The notes under the pieces were generated by a model. That model was given only the letters and a program-made list of their open reading frames with translations, had not been told where the DNA came from and searched no databases. The position numbers and the translations under genes are program-made. From NCBI GenBank assembly GCA_001949185.1, contig BDGG01000011.1:1598597-1662596 (forward strand): 64,000 nt of DNA, in the 5' to 3' direction. This document shows, piece after piece, positions 60,286 to 64,000 of this stretch. Each line of letters starts with the position of its first letter. Within the stretch, counting starts at the first letter, position 1. Source of the DNA: Ramazzottius varieornatus. Taxonomy: Eukaryota; Animalia; Tardigrada.

Positions 60286-61425
60286 ATGGCCGAATTGGAC
60301 AGAGCTGCCAACCAGCTGCTTCTTCGTTGGTTGGATTTCGCCATCGGCAACCTAGCCGACTATCCCATCGAATTTCAACTGTTGACCAGCCGTATCGCCG
60401 CTTTACTGTCCACCGCAGTCAGCGCCTTGACTCTGCCGACACCAGCGGTCGCTCCTCTGTCACCCAGTGTCCCATCCAACATTCAATCCACCGTCACCTC
60501 CTCATTCTCACGCGGAACCCTTGGTCGTTCTTCCATTCGACGTCCCCTTCTCTCCACCAACACCTTCGCTCCCCTCAGCCCCACATCGCCCACTCCCGCC
60601 TCTCCACTGGCCACGACGTCGACATCCAGCAGTCTTCTCGAACGCTTACTACAGTCTACCCATCCACAAGGCAACATATCCCATCGAGAAGTCCGCCCAG
60701 GATGGTTCCGTGCAAAGCTGTCAACTGAGCACGGCCAACGATTATACGAGTACGCCGCTTCCTCCAAAGAACTCAGTCCCGAACAAGTGCGTCTGTTTCT
60801 TGATGATGCAATACCGAAAGCCAAAGCCACGTCGGCGGTCTTGCTGACTAATGGAACAATCGGTGGATCTCAGAGGATAGACATCTTCGGAGCAGGAATG
60901 AACCACAACGAATTCATCCCTGTCCTCTTCCTTTCCAATTTTCCCAAGGATAATATCATAGCAGAAAAGTTGTTACGTGTCGCCGACGAGATACTGACGT
61001 TCCTGATAAAGACACAAGCCAGTGCAGCCAGGAAAGACCAAGTGTTGAAGGTCTTCACAATTATGCCCAAAGTGTGCCATGTCTTATCACTCTTGCTGGA
61101 CTTTATGGCCGTTAAGGGCGACCAACTGCGGAGTACGGTTAGTCTGCATGGTAAATCCTTACTACCCGAGTATCGAGCCTTATCGTTATCTGGCCGGCGT
61201 ATTGTACAGTCTAGGCTCACGCCAGAGGGCGCCAGTGTGGCCACTACTACCACCACCAACCGAAAAAGTATACGGGGAGGTAGAACTGTGACCGAGACTA
61301 CCACCGTTACCAGCAAACTTCAGCGGATGACGGTGGCCCAGTCGATACCACGGAGGTTCCCCAAAGAGGCACAGAACTTCATTCAACGAGAAATCGACAA
61401 ATTCAACCAAGGTTTCGAAATATAA
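60286..61425 (+). CDS. Uncharacterised 379-aa protein, single coding exon
   Basis: Long ATG-initiated uninterrupted ORF with a helical N-terminus, a Ser/Pro/Thr-rich linker and a globular-looking C-terminal half. An acceptor-like ttttaccag lies just upstream (about 60241). No family recognised. Confidence 0.7.
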   Translation: MAELDRAANQLLLRWLDFAIGNLADYPIEFQLLTSRIAALLSTAVSALTLPTPAVAPLSPSVPSNIQSTVTSSFSRGTLGRSSIRRPLLSTNTFAPLSPTSPTPASPLATTSTSSSLLERLLQSTHPQGNISHREVRPGWFRAKLSTEHGQRLYEYAASSKELSPEQVRLFLDDAIPKAKATSAVLLTNGTIGGSQRIDIFGAGMNHNEFIPVLFLSNFPKDNIIAEKLLRVADEILTFLIKTQASAARKDQVLKVFTIMPKVCHVLSLLLDFMAVKGDQLRSTVSLHGKSLLPEYRALSLSGRRIVQSRLTPEGASVATTTTTNRKSIRGGRTVTETTTVTSKLQRMTVAQSIPRRFPKEAQNFIQREIDKFNQGFEI

Positions 61426-61719
61426 ATCGAGCACTTGTCTGACAGTGTCAAATTGAAAGCATATTAGTAATATTTAGTTAAAAGACTGTAGCAGATTGAA
61501 AAGGTTGCTACTGGGCTCCAAAACACAATAACTGACCACTTTAGATACATTTTCTTGTTATCATACCATAAAAAGAAAATCTATCTCTAACAACATCTAT
61601 GGTGATTTGTAGCCTCATTAGTACATTCTCTCATCTTGTATTTGTCGGGTCGCAGCCGACAGTAAACAAACGTGACTGCGCTATACTGCGACGACATGTC
61701 CATCTATAATTTTCTATAT

Positions 61720-62551
61720 TTATCCGTTATCATTGTTGGTAGTCCATAAAATCGATTCCACCACACGATCGACCTGGCAAAAGAACAGAGAAGTCTATTC
61801 ATCACAATGGTGATTTACGTACTGTATGCATTTGAGCCCAAAAAAAGGTTACCTGGTAAGGTTTACAAGTGACGATTTGTCCGTCGACCACATGTTGCCC
61901 CCTCTCGACGGCGTCCTTAACCGATATGGGATTGTGGAACTCCAGGACGGCTGAAGCTGGACCGTCATCCTTCAGGGCGCCATTCATCTGCACACTATTA
62001 ACTTGCCCATAGCGACGAAAATACTCTACGAGGGATTTCACCGTGGTTTCTCTTGCCAAGTTGCTCACGACCATCTTTCTCCTGCGACATGCAGAAAAAG
62101 CCATTAGCATGGTACCCGCCACCTGACTGGTAATTGTCGATGGCTTCAGCTTGACCCTTCTCGTACCTGTGATCTTCGGGTGTAGCGGATAGCTGGTAGA
62201 CTTGGCTGTAGCTGCCCGATGATGTGGCTTCTGACGGATGTTGTATTGCGCCTGATTGCGCTCGCGAGACCACTCCTTGTAAGGCCGCTAGCAGATCCCC
62301 CTCTCCACTTGTGGCATCCGCCTTGAGCGCCGAATAGGTCGCCAGATACTTTAGCAAATCACTGGTATCATCACCTTTCATCACCTATAGGCCAAAATCA
62401 ACTTTGTAGAAGTCAAATCAGCTGTCCAATAAATTAAGGTGAACATGGATGAAGCCATTGACAGTTCTCTTTTGACCCTTACCAGATCGTTGATGGTAGA
62501 CAAAATTGAGTTTCTAGAATTAGTAGCGTTGGAGTCGCTCCTATGCGCCAT
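61720..62551 (-). CDS. Single-RRM RNA-binding protein (hnRNP A/Musashi-like, divergent), 4 exons
   Basis: Exons 62551-62483, 62384-62167, 62081-61853 and 61773-61720. PEDHR|RKMVVSNLARETTVKSLVEYFRRYGQV...HVVDGQIVTCK follows the hnRNP A1 RRM1 pattern. TATAAAA lies upstream on the minus strand at 62799-62805. Confidence 0.78.
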
Positions 62552-64000
62552 CCTTGGACACAGTCTCCGGGATGCGTATTAGATATGATTATTTCAGCAT
62601 AAACTTCAACAGGTGTTGGTGTTGTTCGGGATGAAAGATGATGAAACGAGGCGAGATCTTACTGCTGACTTGCCAGCAGCCTGATGGTAAGCCCTGAACA
62701 GGTCTTTAGAACGGCCCTCGCCCACAGAAACTTGCTCGTCGTTGTTGGTACATGGATTGACGAAGGTGGTGAAGAGGCGACGCACTTCTTGCAACCACTT
62801 TTATACCAACATTTTACGCTTATTCTGCTAGCGATGCAGTTTGTACAGCTGTTGTGAAGCGATGAAGTGGCGGCGTCACGGACCCAGCATTGGGGAAGTG
62901 AAGTGCAGCGTGGAGCTCAAACAACCGTCGGCTTGCATTCCCCACATGCTCATGAAAGCCCTATATAATGCTAGCGCGATATTAAACGGAAGGGGACAAA
63001 AAAACGACTCTCACTAGTCAAAGATCAGTGGATCAAACCCTGGCAGTGGCTGAAGTTTTACGGCTTGCAGATTTCCGCTGTTTTCCTTCCTCTTATTGAT
63101 CGATTGCGTGGTCGATTTTAACAGGTGGGCGGTGTGGTGTTGGATGTCTGCAGGCCCACGGAACATCTCTACAGTGCAGACACGGCACTTGAGCTCTTAT
63201 CAACTTTTGAATTACCAGACGCGTGCTGTTTTCACTTACCAGGAAATGTTGGAAACTTCTAGAAAGGGTGCAAAGTCCATGATTGTTAACCGTTCTTTGT
63301 TGCCTGCTATCTGAACAATGTCAGACTTTTCATTCCATTTTAATGAGCAGCGGGTGTACAATGCAAAGCCATGTGTGTCGGCGCTAAAGTTAGAAGGGAG
63401 TTCCATACATTCACTATTCGTCATTCCGTCCACTTTTCTGCAGGAGTCAAAATCAAACTTTCCCTTTCTGGGACATGTTGGCTGTACGGGGGAAAGGCTG
63501 ATGAGTTAGCCATCAGATTTGGCTTGCCTTTGTTACCTTGTCCCCGTAATACTAATGATTTCGGACGGAGCAGGGTAGCTGGTGTGACATGCGGCTGATT
63601 TGTGTTCCTTGCCATCGACGCAAGGTGTCAAAAAGCCTAGACTGGCAGTTAAACGGTCGATTAAACGATACGTGGTACAGCAGTGGCTAACTTTACAACC
63701 GCGGCACGGGCCGGCTAAGGTTACACCCTCCCCCTTACCGACGAAAGGGACTGGTCGCTACAGTTCGACTGAAACCTCGCACACGTCTGGGTTCGGTCAA
63801 TATGGTTTGATCAACATCATAAGGTTCATAGGTAATAGAAAATCAATGTGCGTTACAATCGGTGTAAATTCTCTTCATCGCGAACTCCCTACTGTAAGAT
63901 GGCGCGTGATTTGATCAGGGTAGCTGGACACTTTTACCCGCGATCTTTAAATTCTCGACCAGTGTTATTCTACTAATGGTTTTGGAATTTTAATGTCTAT

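Overview
This is a eukaryotic, intron-rich (short GT-AG introns), transposon-dense invertebrate window with two assembly gaps. The gene style suggests a compact ecdysozoan such as a tardigrade, but that is inference. There is no sign of prokaryotic operons, CRISPR, rRNA or tRNA. I reconstructed splice models by hand for: a gustatory-receptor-family gene; three paralogous atypical rhodopsin-class GPCRs, two of them a recent inverted duplicate; a highly divergent SLC7/APC-like transporter; two tandem non-alpha nicotinic-receptor-like Cys-loop subunits; a small predicted secreted Cys-tailed protein; RFT1; an orphan single-coding-exon 379-aa ORF; and a single-RRM protein. Between the genes lie nested hAT elements, many Tc1/mariner/pogo-type MITEs, decayed LINEs (one interrupted by an LTR element), a pogo transposase remnant and a FLYWCH/Mutator remnant. 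The strongest lead is the nAChR-like pair. Both subunits have lost the acetylcholine aromatic box and carry Phe at the normally Leu 9' gate. One has also lost the GEK cation-selectivity filter (LPSRGK). They sit within about 35 kb of a GR and an expanding orphan GPCR family, which raises the hypothesis of a repurposed sensory Cys-loop channel. All exon boundaries were read by eye and need RNA-seq confirmation.
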